Part shown: in pieces, positions 14,626-30,390 of the stretch
How positions within the stretch are numbered: position 1 is the first letter of the stretch
How the letters are laid out: every line of letters starts with the position of its first letter
Made by a program: the position numbers and the translations under genes
NCBI GenBank assembly: GCA_964016885.1
Contig: OZ024755.1
Location: forward strand, 28,334,001 to 28,398,000
Direction of reading: 5' to 3'
Length of the DNA: 64,000 bases
Source of the DNA: Eledone cirrhosa
Lineage: Eukaryota
Notes under the pieces: model-generated
What the model was told of the DNA's origin: nothing
The model's database searches: none
The model's input: only the letters and a program-made list of their open reading frames with translations

Positions 14626-16329
14626 AGAAAGGTGTATTTTGAAGAAAGAGTAATTTAAATAGATGAGGTATGTATATGAGATAGGAGTAAGAGAGTAGAG
14701 GAGGGGATCGGAGTTGTGGCGTTGTGTGGAACAACTTATTAGTGGTAAGAAGTGTTAAGACATAGTGAAGGAAATGTCAGAGGTTGAACGACAGTAAGAA
14801 ATGCAGTTGAAGAGAGAGAGTGGGGGAGAGGGGTGGGAGCGTGTGTATGTGTGTGTGTCTCTGTGTGTGTGTGTGAGTAAGTGCAGACGCATTTGATAAA
14901 CAAATACTATGAATTAAAATCGAACGATTAAGAATGTGGCAGAAATTTTAATAAACGTTCCCAAAAGAAAGACGAAGTAGCAAATATAAAAAGACTAAAG
15001 AAATGTGAAGATACTAAGTTAGAGGCAACAATATAAAGAGGTTCATAAGTAGGGAGTAAATTGAATTCGAAATACCTGAGATGCCGTTAACTTTGTTTAA
15101 CTCCAAGTTAATTTCGACTGATCAGTCACGAACACACTCTTCTCTCAAGCATTGGTTACATTATAGATATAAATAATTTGGGAAGAATTGAGATTGAGTG
15201 AGAGGTGGGATCGGCTTTGAAAGCCATTGATTTGGATTTAAGAAATGATTGTATATTCATTCAAAGCCGTTCCAACTGTAACTATTCCGTCTGTAATTTA
15301 AGGCTGGGAAATATTATTTGACGGAGTTCTTTTATTTTATTTTTCTATTTCCCGCAGAAAATTGCTTGTTGGTTTGATATGATTCATGAATATTCTATTT
15401 AAAAAGGTCACGAGAAGGATAAAATATATATAAAAAATAATGAAATGTAATGAAAGTGAGATAAGATAGTAAGCATGTATGTGTGACAGAAGTCAAAAGG
15501 AGCGTAAGGTACCCTGGGATATATATGTATGGAAGAATGAACGTAAATGAAAGAAGAAATTTAGAAGTGCGGTGCAGTTTGAGTCAACATTGCTGTGAAA
15601 TTGGGAAGTTGGACACATTCTGTAGAGCGTAAATGCATTTTAAATAGTATATCAGTGCGGGAACGAGAAAAACAAAGACCGAAAAATAAAGGACTCAGAG
15701 GAAAAGATGGGTCTTCTGTACATTTTGTTCCTGAGCATGTAACTGTTCCATCAGAAAAGACGTCTACTCATTAAAATTAACATTTAGTTCGTACGAAAAT
15801 GGAAGCTCGTCGTAAGGAAGCTGTTAAAACAACAAAATACCGTTGAAGCGGGGTTGGGTAAAATATTACAGCGAAGGATAGAAATCAGCGGTTGGATATG
15901 AGTTGACTCGAAGAAATGATAGGAAGGAATAAATAGAATGGATAAGAAGAGATCACAAGCATTGAAATACGCTCATCAGATCTCAGAACCACTGCAGTTT
16001 CAACAATTTATCTGTTAACGATTTAATTGTTTAACTGTGTCATATACTTCACACAATTTTCCGGACATAAGAATTTTGCAGAGTGAGAGATGGCTGGATA
16101 TTTGCATTTCAAATACAAGCTCTCGAACACATTCCACACGGTTATCACCTTTCCAATTTCCCTTACAAATACTAATCCACCCGAATATATTGGTAAAATG
16201 ATAGGATAAGAGTCCGAGATCTCATTATTTCTAGGCCCTCATCTTAAACACTTGACAATATCTACACAAAGAGCAGAAATCAAGGTATAAAGAATTTCAT
16301 GAATAACTACATAGTTTTACCAAGTGCAC

Positions 16330-16522
16330 TGGATTGGCAGTATCGGTAGAGGGTCGGACGCCATGCTTTGACGCATAGAGTTACGTCCCTTGCCATTCTG
16401 AGTTCAAATCCCGCTGAGGTTAACTTTACCTTTCATCCTTACGGGGTCGATAAAATAAAGTACCAGTAATGTACTGGGTAATTGCTGGTCTTGTGCCAAA
16501 CAGTAGAAACGATTAATGTTAA
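16330..16522 (+). mobile_element. Dominant SINE, near full length
   Basis: Matches family consensus; a 3' half copy follows at about 16820-16921. Confidence 0.9.
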
Positions 16523-17049
16523 TTACTTAGATACCTTTCCCGTAAAAGATAATAGTTTTGTTAATTTTAGCAAGAGTAACGTAGTGAATGTTAGAAATCT
16601 AAGGAAAGACAACACTGGAGATCCACATATGAACTGTGCTCTATATCTAATTTATAAACCTTGCATCACTTCATTGACAAGTTTCATTGTATCAACGTTT
16701 AGCTGAAGAGGTCTAATAAGTTTGAAATAAATCCAAACGTTGTTTTATTTCTCCTTCAGCAGACAAATATATGTTTAATGATCACTACATTAAACATGTT
16801 AACAATACATTAATATTAGAAATTAACTTTGCCTTTCATCCGTACAGGGTCGATACAATAATGTACCAGTAATGTACTGTGTAATTGCTGGCCTTGTGCC
16901 AAAAGTAGAAACAATTAATATTAGAAATAGTGTCATAGAATGGCATGTTTAGGAAGCAATTTTTTAAGCCATAAGCTACATAGCGAAGCTTAAGAAAAAC
17001 GCCCAATACTTGTAAGCGAGTTTGTGTTATCTACTCTTAATAAGTCTCA

Positions 17050-17392
17050 CATGGTTTAGTGGTTAGAGCGTTGGGCTTGCAATCGGGAAGTTGTGAGTTC
17101 GATTCTCGGACTGGGTGATGCGTTTTGTCCTTGAGCAAGACACTTTATTTTCCGTTGCTCCAGAATACTCAGCTGTAGAAATTAGTTGTGACATCTCTGG
17201 TACCAAGCTGTATCAGCTATTGTATTTCCCTTGGACATCATCGGTGGCGTGGAGAGGGTAGACTGGTTATACATGGGCAACTTCTCGGCGTCTATAAACA
17301 ACCTTGCCCCGACATGTGCTTCGGAGGGGGATCTTTCTAGGTACAAATCCCATGGTCATTCATGACCAAAGAGGGTATTTAGCCTTCCCCTT
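17050..17392 (+). mobile_element. tRNA-derived CORE-type SINE
   Basis: TGGTTTAGTGGTTAGAGCG...GTTCGATTC head, TGTCCTTGAGCAAGACACTT core-like block. Confidence 0.75.
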
Positions 17393-17572
17393 TATTTAAA
17401 TAGTCAAGTGATATTGTTGTTATACTTGCTTTCATTTCTGTTGATGTCTTTCATGTTTTGATGTTTATTTTGTTGTTGCTGCTGCTGATCGTGTAGACAA
17501 ATGACCAAAGGCGCTCCATCCGAGACCACCTTCTCTAATTTGTGCATACATTATTATTTTCCTATGTGAGCG

Positions 17573-17961
17573 TGGGATTGGCAGTATCGGTAGAGCGTCA
17601 GACACCATGTTTTGCAGCGTAGAGTTATGTCCCTTTATGTTTTGTGTTCAAATCCCACAGAGGTTAACTTAGCCTTTCATCCTTACGGGGCCGATAAGAT
17701 AAAGGAGCAATAAAACACCAGTAATGCACTGGGTTAATTGCTAGCCTTGTACTAAAAGTAAAAACAATTATTATCTTAATTGGCAGTATCGGTAGAGGGT
17801 CGGACGCCATGCTTTCCAGCATAGTTACGTCCCTTTACGATCTGAGTTCAAATCCCGCTGAGGTTGACTTTGCCTTTCATCCTTACGGGGTCGATAAAAT
17901 AAAGTACCAGTAATGTACTGGGTAATTGCTGGCGTTGTGCCTAAAGTAGAAACAATTATTA
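17573..17961 (+). mobile_element. Two tandem copies of dominant SINE
   Basis: Both units end in attattatctta. Confidence 0.9.
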
Positions 17962-19443
17962 TCTTATGTCTTCTTTTAAACAGTAGCTCGAAGGCAAGTT
18001 ACTGCTTTTTATACAACGTCACAATAACAGCTAGTCGCCATTTAATGGGTCAAAATAATAGGGACAAGCGACTAACTATAGTAATTCACAAACAATACAG
18101 CTTTCATATTTTAATTCTATTTGATTTGGAAACCTTAATGCTCATGTGAGCACCTTAGGATTTCTGTCGGTGGTTTCATTACTATTTCAGACTATCATAA
18201 ATGCCGCTCCGGTGATTTAAGGGAGATTTATATATGAAATTGTTAGTAGTTTCAGTACCCACAAACAAGACAAATGTTTTCTCAGTAGCTTGTGAGGTCA
18301 TGGGTTCATCATATAAAAGAAAGATAGACACTTGAAGTGTGGATACTGCATTCTTATGCATCTATAATTGGTGCTGTGGTAGCTATACAAGATATGTGCT
18401 CTAATTGAAGGCCATTTTATATATGAAAATGCCTAACGTTTTCTTTAGAAATCTTCAATATTTAAAGGTCTTTTTAACTTTATATTCCAGCGAATTTCTA
18501 TTACGTTTTCTATACAGCATTTATGATTTCTAAATCGAAGGCTTCAATGTTTTTAAGAGATCTTTGCCACTTAGAAAATATAAAGATTATTGAAAGACCA
18601 ACATTGCAAAAATTGTCTAAATCTCTGGACGATGAATATTGGTGTTTGTTGTTCTTTGTTGCAATGGGATCTACACGAAATTTTCAAATTTAACTTAAAT
18701 CTAAATATTAAAATATATCCTAGAGCAAAGTTTCAATGAGCCGCAATGCGAAATGTATAATAATTGATTGTAGACTCTAAACATGATTCAACACTGGACA
18801 ATAACCTTGCATAACATAGTAGTTTATTGTGTAGATAAAGGGGATCGTGGGGTTATAAAGGATACTTCTTTTGCAAGTTAACCGATAGTGTAAATATGTT
18901 CTCCATTGGCTACACATATGTATAGACATATTCATACATCCACCCACACATAATTGTGTTTCTATATACCTGATTGTGGGCGTTTGTGTGCTAGCATATG
19001 TGTACGAATAAAATAAACATGCAAGAAATTATAAAACAGTCCCTGCATCCAGTGTCAAAGTTTGCTTACAATATGTAGATTCCATATGTATAAATTATTT
19101 TATGTTGAAGCTTAATAGATCCGGAACTGTAACTATTTGCTTAATAACAATTGGTCACCATGAAATAAAAACATTAATCCAGACAGTTTTAGCTACGTAT
19201 TAAACATTGCTGCTTGAACGTATCACATCTTTCGTTCTTAACACCCACTAACTACTATTTAATTTTGCTGCTATGTAAAGCAACCGGTATAACGTGTAAA
19301 CAATTAAGTACATGGCTACCTGAAATTAAATTTCCTGTTCTAAAAGATGAAACATCTGGTTGACGAGGGGAAAACTAATATAACTATTGACCTTTATTGA
19401 CCAGGTCCATTATCAATGAATCCTACACGATTTACGAGAGCAA

Positions 19444-19511
<68 letters not shown>

Positions 19512-20324
19512 GCGTATATACATATATACGGGGGTGGTATAATTAAATATATAAATGAGAGGTAATAAATATTACCTGTGTATTGGTAAAGTTAATTGAA
19601 TCTTATATCGGTACATTTGACATGCAAACATATAATGTATATCTTAACTGTATTTTTTTTTATATATAAAGCAATATAGAATATCTAGTTTTTATTCTTT
19701 GTTTATTGTTATACGAATGAACAAATAGAGAAGACTCATCTGATATATATATATATATATGTTTTTTGTTTTATGATTAATAGTTGTAGCATGTTCGTTT
19801 GCTTTTTGCTATTTAACAGAAGCCATATAACATTCTGTATGGTGTGTCTACTTTGCAGGTGCATAATATTGTCATCTGAGATTTTTGCAAATTATATTTA
19901 TATATAAACTTGTGACTATTAATTTCAATTCATATCAATCCAAGCAAACAGCATTGCATACATATTACAGTAACAAACAAAAGGAAAAAAACATAACATA
20001 AATATTTGGGAAAATGTTTCTGAGATAACGTTTTAAGAAATATTACAGATAAATATATATTTTTAATTTGCCTGAAGATCTTCAAATAACGCTTAGAAGC
20101 TTAGAAACATTTAGCATTTCGATAGATTAAATTATAATTAATGTCTTGAAATGATTTATAAATATATGGAAATCTCTGGAAAATACAAGATCTGAAAAAA
20201 ACATTATAACCTCCATCCTGAATCCGAAAGTCTCATATTTGGAGAACTTTATTCCTCGAGTGATATACCAGATATTGTGACAATTTCCGTCACAAGAAAC
20301 CTGTTGACAACATAGTATATCCTT

Positions 20325-20451
20325 GTGAGTTCAAAACCAAACAATGTTAACTTTGCCTTTCATCCTTACGGGGTCGATAAAATAAAGTACCAGTAATTCA
20401 CTAGTGTAATTGCTAGCCTTGTACCATTGTACCAAAAGTAGAAATAATTAT
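20325..20451 (+). mobile_element. 5'-truncated dominant SINE
   Basis: B box through tail matches consensus. Confidence 0.8.
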
Positions 20452-21321
20452 GTCCTTGCGAAGTTATATAAGCATTATTTATACCTATAGTAAATGATTT
20501 TGTTTCAGTTAATTAAATATTATAATGTTTAAGAAGCGGATAGATCGATCACAACATAAATTTTGATTTATTGATCCATCTTCGAATGATGTAATTGCTA
20601 TAATATTTGTTTTCCAATAAAGCCCTTAATGTTATTGGATTTTAACTCATTTAATTTTGTCACATTGCTTAGATATATAGATATCACAGACATCTAGTTC
20701 ATCACAACTTTTAAGAAGAAGAATAAACAGAAAATGTTTATTATTGAAACAACTTGTCTTTAGATTAAATTCAAATTGCTTAATTGTGCCTCTTCAATAA
20801 CATATTGAAAGAAACTTAGGAGATATAATTTCAAATATAAAGTAAATTATTGATAATACGAGTATACTGTTTCTTTGTTCAGATACAAATATACTTTATA
20901 GAGCTGACTAGAAACTTATACCGAAATATTGTTATATGTTGTATTTAAACTCTTAAATAATTAGCTGAACAGGCAATGTTTAACACGTTTAAGTTACAAC
21001 AATTAAAATCATTCACCACGTCATTCATTTGATCAATTTGTAATTCTTTGTAATCGAACTACAATGGCGAAGCTAGTCTTTTCTTTAAAATATGAGTCCC
21101 TCTGATGATTTGTCTTTTGATAAGGACGAATTGATGACTAGTGACATAAAGCAAGGATTTCCAACTAACCTAAACCTACAAATGTTATCGAAGAAATAAA
21201 AAAAATAACTAAGAAAATATCATTTAATTGCATTAGTTAAAAATAGAAACAGGGGGGAAGTATTTTGAAAATTAATAAAGGGTGAGAATGAAGGAATTAA
21301 AATATGGAAAAGACACACACA

Positions 21322-21404
<83 letters not shown>

Positions 21405-22148
21405 ATATTAAAAGAGATAAAATTTCAAGAATATATCGTATATTCGGATATGCAAAGCAGGTGAGTTATCCAAAATATGCAATAATCTTAACATTTGGCA
21501 TAAAAGAAAAAAATGAGAATGAAGTGAGACATTAGAAATTATGCACAAACATGAAAACATCACATTCATTCGTTATGAAATATTAAGAAAAAATGAAACG
21601 AATAACCAAAAGAAAACAAACAAGTTAACGGAGGTTGAAAAACATATTTTTAATGTTCCTCGTGTAAGAGAGAAAATTTGATACATATTAAACAAATAAA
21701 GAAAAACTCGAAATATTTAAAATAGGATGTATGTGGTTTATTAACAAATCTGTTTTAGAATCTACAATTCAGAGACCAGTTCATATCAAAGGTTTCGTCA
21801 CCAACGCTCACGTACTTTTATTAATGTAAACAATTTCCTTTTACTTTTACACCCTCGCTATCTATGATTTTCTAATGCACACAAATATCAACACCCACAC
21901 TTATATGCAAGTATGCATGTATGTAAATATGTATGAATATATCTACGTGTAAATGTATTGTTTTTAAGTTTTTGAATTTGTTCAAAGGAGAGTGAGGAAA
22001 TAACATGTCTATTTCGTCCATTGACAAACAGATTTCCATTATTAACCTTTTCCCATGCAATAAAGAATATACTGTCTTTTTCTATCGGAAGGCATCCAAT
22101 TAATTCAGAATTTATTCCTAAATTCTTGAATTTATCTGCTCTTCTCAT

Positions 22149-22422
22149 TTAACATTTTCAGTGCCGTAGACGAGATAACTCGTCCTAAAATGTATGCATT
22201 CCAGTGTCACGGGCGAAATAACTCGCCCTAACATGTTTGAACTCATTTCTAACAGTTCATAACTTCAAAGCTAGATGGTGTTACTAGTTTATAAATGTGA
22301 CGTTTTCAATCAAATATTTGTTGTTAATAAATGTTTGTTTAAAAATATAGTCATTTTACTGAAAAAAGAACCGGCACAGCAACTGTTGCTGTGTAAAATA
22401 TACGCGGCAGTCAACAGGTTAA
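22149..22422. mobile_element. Putative piggyBac-type MITE
   Basis: TTAA at both ends, imperfect termini cattttcagtgcc / ggcagtcaacagg, two subterminal palindromes gacgagataactcgtc and gggcgaaataactcgccc. Confidence 0.45.
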
Positions 22423-22559
22423 GGAAACGAAAACCTGTAGATTCTCTTATACTTCATCTATGATATTTCATTAAATCAAGAATTTGTAAAAAAAAAAAGA
22501 AGCCATATGCACCTATATATATATATTTCTATAAATGTTTGTGCCTCTGCCTTTCTGTA

Positions 22560-22900
22560 TCTCTCTCACTTCCCTTCTCCCTTTATCTCTCTCTCACTCT
22601 CCTTCTCTCCTTGTCTCTCTCTCGCTCTCCTTTTCCCCTTGTCTCTCTCTCGCTCTCCTTCTCCCCTTGTCTCTCGCTCTCGCTCTCCTTCTCCCCTTGT
22701 CTCTCTCTCTCGCTCTCCTCCCCTTGTCTCTCTCTCGCTCTCCTTTTCCCCTTGTCTCTCTCTCGCTCTCCTTTTCCCCTTGTCTCTCTCTTACTCTCCT
22801 TTTCCCCTTGTCTCTCTCTCTCGCTCTCCTTTTCCCCTTGTCTCTCTCGCTCTCCTTCTCCCCTTGTCTCTCTCTCTCACTCTTCTTCTCCCCTTCTCTA
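22560..22900. repeat. Pyrimidine-rich minisatellite (about 27-33 bp)
   Basis: Unit cgctctcctt(t/c)tccccttgtctctct repeated about 10 times. Confidence 0.9.
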
Positions 22901-23579
22901 CAGATATGTGTATATCTATTCTCAATTTCTCTCGTCCGTCAGTAGATAGATACTATTTTCTTCCCGTGCAGTGTTTTTGTATTTATTCTTATGTATTTTT
23001 CAAACTAGATCGTGCAGGCTCACTGGGAAAACTTGCGATAAACATCATACCAACGCACCGAACAGATGCATTGCTCACACAAATTAAAAAAATCCACGCA
23101 TATAAAAGAAAGCAAATCAAGCCTCAATAGAAAGCATGAATGGAAAAGTTAAAAAAACCCCTCCAGCATCACCATAATTGGAGCAAGTACAGACATACAT
23201 ACACGAACACTCAGACCCACACAGGGTCTGAGTGTTCGTGTAAGTGTGTGTGTGTATCTGTTTGTATCTGGCCTTGTACAATTGATATAAAATAATTGCA
23301 AACCAACATGGTTATTCGGCATACTAGCAATAGTTGTGATATTCCATTTAAACATATATGTCGTAAATTAGATTGAAGTTTGTTGGATGTATTCAACAGT
23401 AAACAAAATCAGACATGAATTAGTTACAAGAATAACTTTGATTACAATGACTGCTCAATGAAAGACCGAGATAGGTCTACAAAACAGCAACAAAATAATT
23501 ATAACAACCGTTATGAACCTGAAGTCAGAACAGGGAACCTATACCTGATAAATAACACTCGATATATATGCCGGAAAAT

Positions 23580-24284
23580 GAAATAATTGTTTCTTCTTTT
23601 GGCACAAGGCCAGAAAATACTCCAATGTATTACTGGTGCTTCATTTTATCTACACCCGTAGGATGAAAGGCAAATTTAACTCAGATAATAAAAGGCCGTA
23701 ACTCTATGCTCCAAAGCATGGCGTCTGACGCTCTAGCGATACTACCAATCCACCAATCCACATGAAATAATTGTTTCTGCTGTTGGCACAAGACCAGAAA
23801 TTATCCCAGTACATTACTGGTACAATATTTTATCGACCCCGTAAGGATGAAAGGCAAAGTTAACCTTGAAATAATTGTTTCTACTTTTGGCACAAGGCCA
23901 ACAATTACCCAGTACATTACTGGTACTTTATTTTATCGACCCCGTAAGGATGAAAGGCAAAGTTGACCTTGAAATAATTGTTTCTACTTTTGGCACAAGG
24001 CCAGCAAATACCCAGTACATTACTGGTAATTTATTTTATCGACCCCGTAAGGATGAAAGGCAAAGTTGACCTTGAAATAATTGTTTCTACTTTTGGCACA
24101 AGGCCAGCAAACACCCAGTACATTACTGGTACTTTATTTTATCAACCCCGTAAGGATGAAAGGCAAAGTTGACCTCAGCGGGATTTGACCTCAGAATGGA
24201 AAGGGCCGTTATTCTATGCGTCAAAGCATGACGTCCGACCCTCTACCGATACTGCCAATCCATCGCCGTTAACCTTGAAATAAT
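23580..24284 (-). mobile_element. Tandem array of five dominant-SINE units (three are 103-bp 3' halves)
   Basis: Units joined by (cct)tgaaataat, which recurs after the last unit at 24269-24284. Confidence 0.9.
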
Positions 24285-24794
24285 ACGTAGTAATCAACGC
24301 TGGTATTCATTCCATCATATGTCTGCTAAGCAACGACCGATCTGGGGCTCAACAACAACGATATTTTTAAATTCAACTGCAAAGTATTAACATTTCAACA
24401 TATGAATATTGGTCGTCTTATACGTCAAAGGAATTCATTTTAGATTGCAGATACTTATAGCCAATGCTGAACACTTCACCGTAATTGGAATCGTTTGGCG
24501 TATGAGACATCAAATACAGAAAAATAGGAAATGAAAGTAAATAAAATAATTTCATACACAAAAATTATGGACGAAGCTTAAATAGATTTTACTAGGTGAC
24601 TGCGTGGTAAATAGCAACTAGAATATCAAAATTTCTACTGAGTTAAAATGGAAGTTTTCCACGTATATCTATTAGGGTCTATTTTTTTACCAATTTGTTA
24701 TATTTCAAATTTCACACACAAACACACACAAATATATACAGGCACACACATCCACAGATATGCACACATATGTATATCAATATATATCTATATA

Positions 24795-25120
24795 TAAACG
24801 CAAGTATGTATGTATGTATACGTACATACATATATGTATACAGACGTACAGTAGTATGTATATATATACATACATGCACACATATATATATGCACGTATA
24901 TAGCATATGGAGCATTATAATAAATGTTCGGTAAACCGATACGTGTATATATATATGTGTGCATGTATGTATATATATACATACTACTGTACGTCTGTAT
25001 ACATATATGTACGTATACATACATACATACTTGCGTTTAAGTAAGTGCCGTACTAAGAGTGAGAATTGAAATTTCGTTTCATTCTATTCCATTTATCGTT
25101 TTTGGTGCGCCCGGCCGACT
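24795..25120. mobile_element. Family D element with about 100-bp inverted arms
   Basis: 24795-24899 is the reverse complement of 24939-25038; homolog in opposite orientation at 28188-28370. Confidence 0.7.
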
Positions 25121-26184
25121 GAACTCACTCGATATGCAAATTAGGCTGCTCAGACGTTAATATTCATAAGGAAAGTATATACTTTCAGACGTTCAACTAT
25201 CTGGCAGGAAGGTATACGATGCTGACGATAGCTAAAAATTCATATTTATGGACAAATTTATCTCATGATTTTTCCATGCGGGAATGTTAACGTCGCTGTT
25301 GTTGCTATTGCTGCTACTGTCGTTTTTTTTCTGATCTTTGGCTCTTACATCTTGTGGACAGTTAGTTCCCCCTCTGCGTTGTGCAAGAAAATTCACTACC
25401 AGCCATCTTATTTTTCAAAGACATTAAGGGAAGTGTTTGGAGAACGAACACATATTCAATCGTTAATGCCTACAGATAGAGAGAAACTAAATAACTCGCG
25501 AAGATATCGGTTTGTTTAACTGTAATAAAATATCAAATGTTCAACAAAATATGTTGGATAAGAATGACAACAAACTTACAGGAGGGACATGTAACACGTG
25601 TCGATAAACGAATAAACAAAATAATAATAATAAAAATAGTAATAATAGTAATAATAATAATAATGAGAATCGATTCATGGAGTCATTGGAACATGAATGT
25701 CTGGTAAAAATGATTAGACTGTAAAGTCAATTTATTCTTGGATCAAACAGCATAGTTTGTTTTATTTTATTTTTTTACCTAGAGATTGATCTATTGATTT
25801 TCTTAATCGATACATACAACAAAGGACAAATGAACTGCGATATACGAAATAATAGATAGATAAATAGATAGGCATGTATGTAAGTAGGCAGGTAGGCAGA
25901 TTATATAGTATGGCGTAGAGATAAAAAAAAAAAATGGTTGATCGTTAACTTTGCACACACACACACACCCATCTTTACTATCTCCACACACAATATATAG
26001 CATACACACACACAGACATATTAAGTTGAATTGAGAGATAGAGAGAGATAGAGAGAAGGGAAGAGAGATAAAGAGGTAAGAAGAGAGAGAGAGGGAGAGA
26101 GATATATAGAGAGAAAGAGATAGACAAATAGAGAGAGAGATAATGAGATAGATGATAGTCACACATATACATACCTACATGCAA

Positions 26185-26219
<35 letters not shown>

Positions 26220-26413
26220 TATATATATATAAGAAAGTATGTATACGTATATATAAAAGTATATATACTTACACATATATATGCATATAAAAGTATGGAT
26301 ACGTACACACATATATCTATATACATATATGTATATACATATATATACATACACACACATATATATATACATATATACATATATATACATATATATATAT
26401 GCATATATATATA

Positions 26414-26514
<101 letters not shown>

Positions 26515-26575
26515 TTATATATATATATATGCATATATATATATATATATGCATATATATATATATATATATATG

Positions 26576-26633
<58 letters not shown>

Positions 26634-27849
26634 TACACATATACGTGGATTTTAAATTATATTAATAGATGCATACATACATCAATTATTCATATACATA
26701 TATACATATACAAACGCACAACTGTGTAAGTGTATGAAGAACTATATAGATAGTTGACCAACATTCACGATATAATTTACAAATTGAACAGCACATATAT
26801 TTTACTAAATAAAAATAATAATACTTCAAATACAAGAGCAACTTTTGTCCCAAAGGGTAGCTCAAATTTCCTACCGAAACGAAGTCGTCTTCGTCATTGA
26901 TTAACATTTAAGTGGACACAATAAGCGACTGGGGTCGAATTTTAATAATTCGGACCTTAAATTATTGAGTGAGTGACGAATCGACTGAAGCTCTGCCATT
27001 CTATTCGATAAGCTTCGTCCCATAATTATATATATATATATATTTTATATATATATATATATATATATGAAATATATATAATTAACGAGAAGTGCATCGT
27101 CTATATAAGGGACTCAATTGAGACACCTTATAATGTATGTTGGAATAATAAATTTAGTTATAGAAATCAGATAGTTACCTCCCTTACGCATTAACTCCCC
27201 TTAATCACACACATACTTCCAGATAATAAACCGATGTAAATTCTCGCAACAGAAACAACCTGCTCTATAAAATTGGATTAAAGAACACTGAGTCGCAACA
27301 AGCTAAAATAATTTAATTTAATGCATCAAACATCCAATACGGAATCATCGTTAATTATGTGAAAGATGTATAAATTATATATTAGGTTTCTTGAATGTGA
27401 AAATGGTTGTGGATACAAAAACCATAACTATCTTTTGTTTCTCCTTTATACTATTTTTCTGCACGCATACTTCTGTATCATATACAAAAAATACCTTACC
27501 ACTACAACCTCCATAATACTCTTACTTACCCGCTTTAAGTGCTTCTATTTCATGTAACACCCTGCCGCACAATAATCATATATAAATGAGACACATGTGC
27601 ATGCCCCACGTGTAACTAACGCATAAAATAACTAAAATAACTACTACATCTGACTAACAAACTATCCTCTTACATTATCTATGTTAACTGCCGATTGTAT
27701 TTTAATTTTGCTTTGATTTTGTTTTAATGTGATTTTGATTTTTAATTTGAAATGCTATACAGAAATATAATATAATATATGTCACTCCACTGTACATCAA
27801 TATATACATATGTATCTGTATGTCTCTTGCGTTGGAAAGGAGGTCAATC

Positions 27850-28112
27850 ATGTGTACAAACATTGAAAAATGCTCCAAAGACTCCAAGCCTAGATTTGGA
27901 TGAAACAATTGTAAGTGAATAAATGCTTTGAACATAGCTTTGATTCTTGTGAATTCTATATAACTGCTCTGTAGAACAACTGATGTTATTACATTGAGCT
28001 ATTTATCTTACTGGTAATAAGGTAGTAATAATTACTGACCTTCACTGTTTAGGGTTTAAAATATATATAACTATAACAAGTTTTAGCATATACATAACCA
28101 TAAACAGTATCC

Positions 28113-28118
<6 letters not shown>
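27850..28118 (+). mobile_element. Family B copy with decayed hammerhead (27871-27917)
   Basis: UGCU-CCAAAGA(for CUGAAGA)-CUCCAAG..UUUGGAU-GAAA-CAAUUG-UA-AGUG, then bulged hairpin 27966-27999; ends in (TA)n. Confidence 0.7.
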
Positions 28119-28187
<69 letters not shown>

Positions 28188-28190
<3 letters not shown>

Positions 28191-28460
28191 AAAAGAATGA
28201 AACGAAATTTCATTTCTCACTCTTAGTACGGCTGGTACTTAGATGTAAGTATGCATGCATACGTACATACATATATGTATACAGACGCACAGTAGTATGT
28301 ATATATATACATACATGCACACATATATATATGTACGCAGGGGTCTACCGAACATCCATTATAATGCTCGGTTTGTTTGTAAAGAAACAAACAGCCCGAA
28401 TTGCGCCTTACAGTGTTCAGGCAACCATCGTCACCTTTTTGTTCAACACTGACATATTAT
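28188..28460. mobile_element. Family D copy between (TA)n tracts
   Basis: Reverse-complement match to 24905-25091. Confidence 0.65.
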
Positions 28461-28661
28461 ATTATACAACATTGTATATATATATATATATATATATATT
28501 AAATGAAGAAGTTTACACTAGAATCGACACATACATACAGAGTGTCCAATTTATACTGAGTTTGGTTCGATGAAACAGTTAATAAAACAGATTCAGAGCC
28601 TAATAATATCAAATATAAAAAAAAGCAAACAATTTAAGAAATAAATCCTTGCTTACTCACG

Positions 28662-28697
<36 letters not shown>

Positions 28698-28799
28698 CGA
28701 AGAAATACCTATGATGGATAGTCCTGGCTTCTATTTCTAATTCTTTATTTTAATTTGTATATCACATTTACAACAACACAGCACGCCATTTTCATTCCT

Positions 28800-28848
<49 letters not shown>

Positions 28849-29212
28849 CAGACAGACACACACACACACACACTCACATATATATATATTTGTGTGTGTA
28901 TAAACAATTCTCGAGATCTTTCTCGAGAATTATTTATACACTCACAGAAATGGATATAAAGAGATATGCTCACAGTCCGATATGTTTCTATATAGATAGA
29001 TATGTAAAGGGCCAGATTGATAAAAGCAAGCAGCGTCATGCGATTATAGATACATCAATGGTTTGATAGTTATTCAGACATGACTATTGCGTAGAAAACC
29101 TATGCTGGACAGAGCTAAAATATATAAAAGTAGAAACAAATACCATTGTACTCTTCATGAAATTTCTCCGTAATTTTCGCACCACAGTTATCAGTGATTA
29201 CACATTTTCAAG

Positions 29213-29424
29213 CTTGATTATAATGATTGTTTCTACTTTTGGCACAAGGCCAGCAATTACCCAGTACATTACTGGTACTTTATTTTATCGACCCCGTAAG
29301 GATGAAAGGCAAAGTTAACCTCGGCGGGATTTGAAATCAGAACGTAAAGGGACGTAACTATGCTGCAAAGCATGGCGTCCGACTCTCTACCGATACTGCC
29401 AATTCACCGCCCCTTGATTATAAT
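29213..29424 (-). mobile_element. Full-length dominant SINE with 12-bp TSD
   Basis: cttgattataat at 29213-29224 and 29413-29424. Confidence 0.95.
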
Positions 29425-29616
29425 AATGTCAAACTTCCCTTATGCTATATTGAAACATACACTTCTCTAACATAGCTATACACCATATGATCATAAATAG
29501 TTATTTAACACAAATTTTATTCAACGTGTGAATGAATAATGTGATATTCTAAAATAGGTAGGTTTGTGTGGGCATGTATATACATTGTATTGATTACAAT
29601 ACACACATGCAAACAA

Positions 29617-29913
<297 letters not shown>

Positions 29914-30083
29914 GGTAACACATTGGTCCGGCAAACCAAAGATGTGTGTTCGTGTCCCATGTACGTCAATACTTATCCCAACAAACAGACCAATTCTCTG
30001 TAGTCAAATACGGCGTAAGCACATGTTACTACCTAATTTTCAAATTCGCTAGTCATTTGTAAACAAAGCCTGCTTTGTGTCTT

Positions 30084-30141
<58 letters not shown>

Positions 30142-30390
30142 GTTGAGAAGGTAACACACCAGAGAGAGATATATAGTGCGTTATCAATAATACAGGGAAA
30201 AAACCACCAGTGTATGGAATCTATAACCTATGAAAGGCAGACTATAGACACGATAATTAAAAATATAAATTAAAGCGTAAATAAATACCTCTATAACTAT
30301 ATAACACACGTACAAATCCAAAGATATGTTTCACCAAAAAATAACGACGGCCTATGGCTCCGTTAATTTATCGTGATATATATATATATA

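Noticed and set aside
13078-14734. 400-526 aa ER/LS-rich ORFs
   Set aside because: Translations of the GA minisatellite, open in several frames on both strands
16330-16420. tRNA gene calls from A and B boxes
   Set aside because: SINE heads; no complete cloverleaf, and they continue into SINE body
21100-21140. CUGAUGA followed by a hairpin and GAA
   Set aside because: Spacing and stems I/III do not fit a hammerhead
28976-29062. Hammerhead-like GAAACAUAUC on minus, also at about 30323-30378
   Set aside because: CUGANGA half is absent or too degenerate; possible decayed copies only
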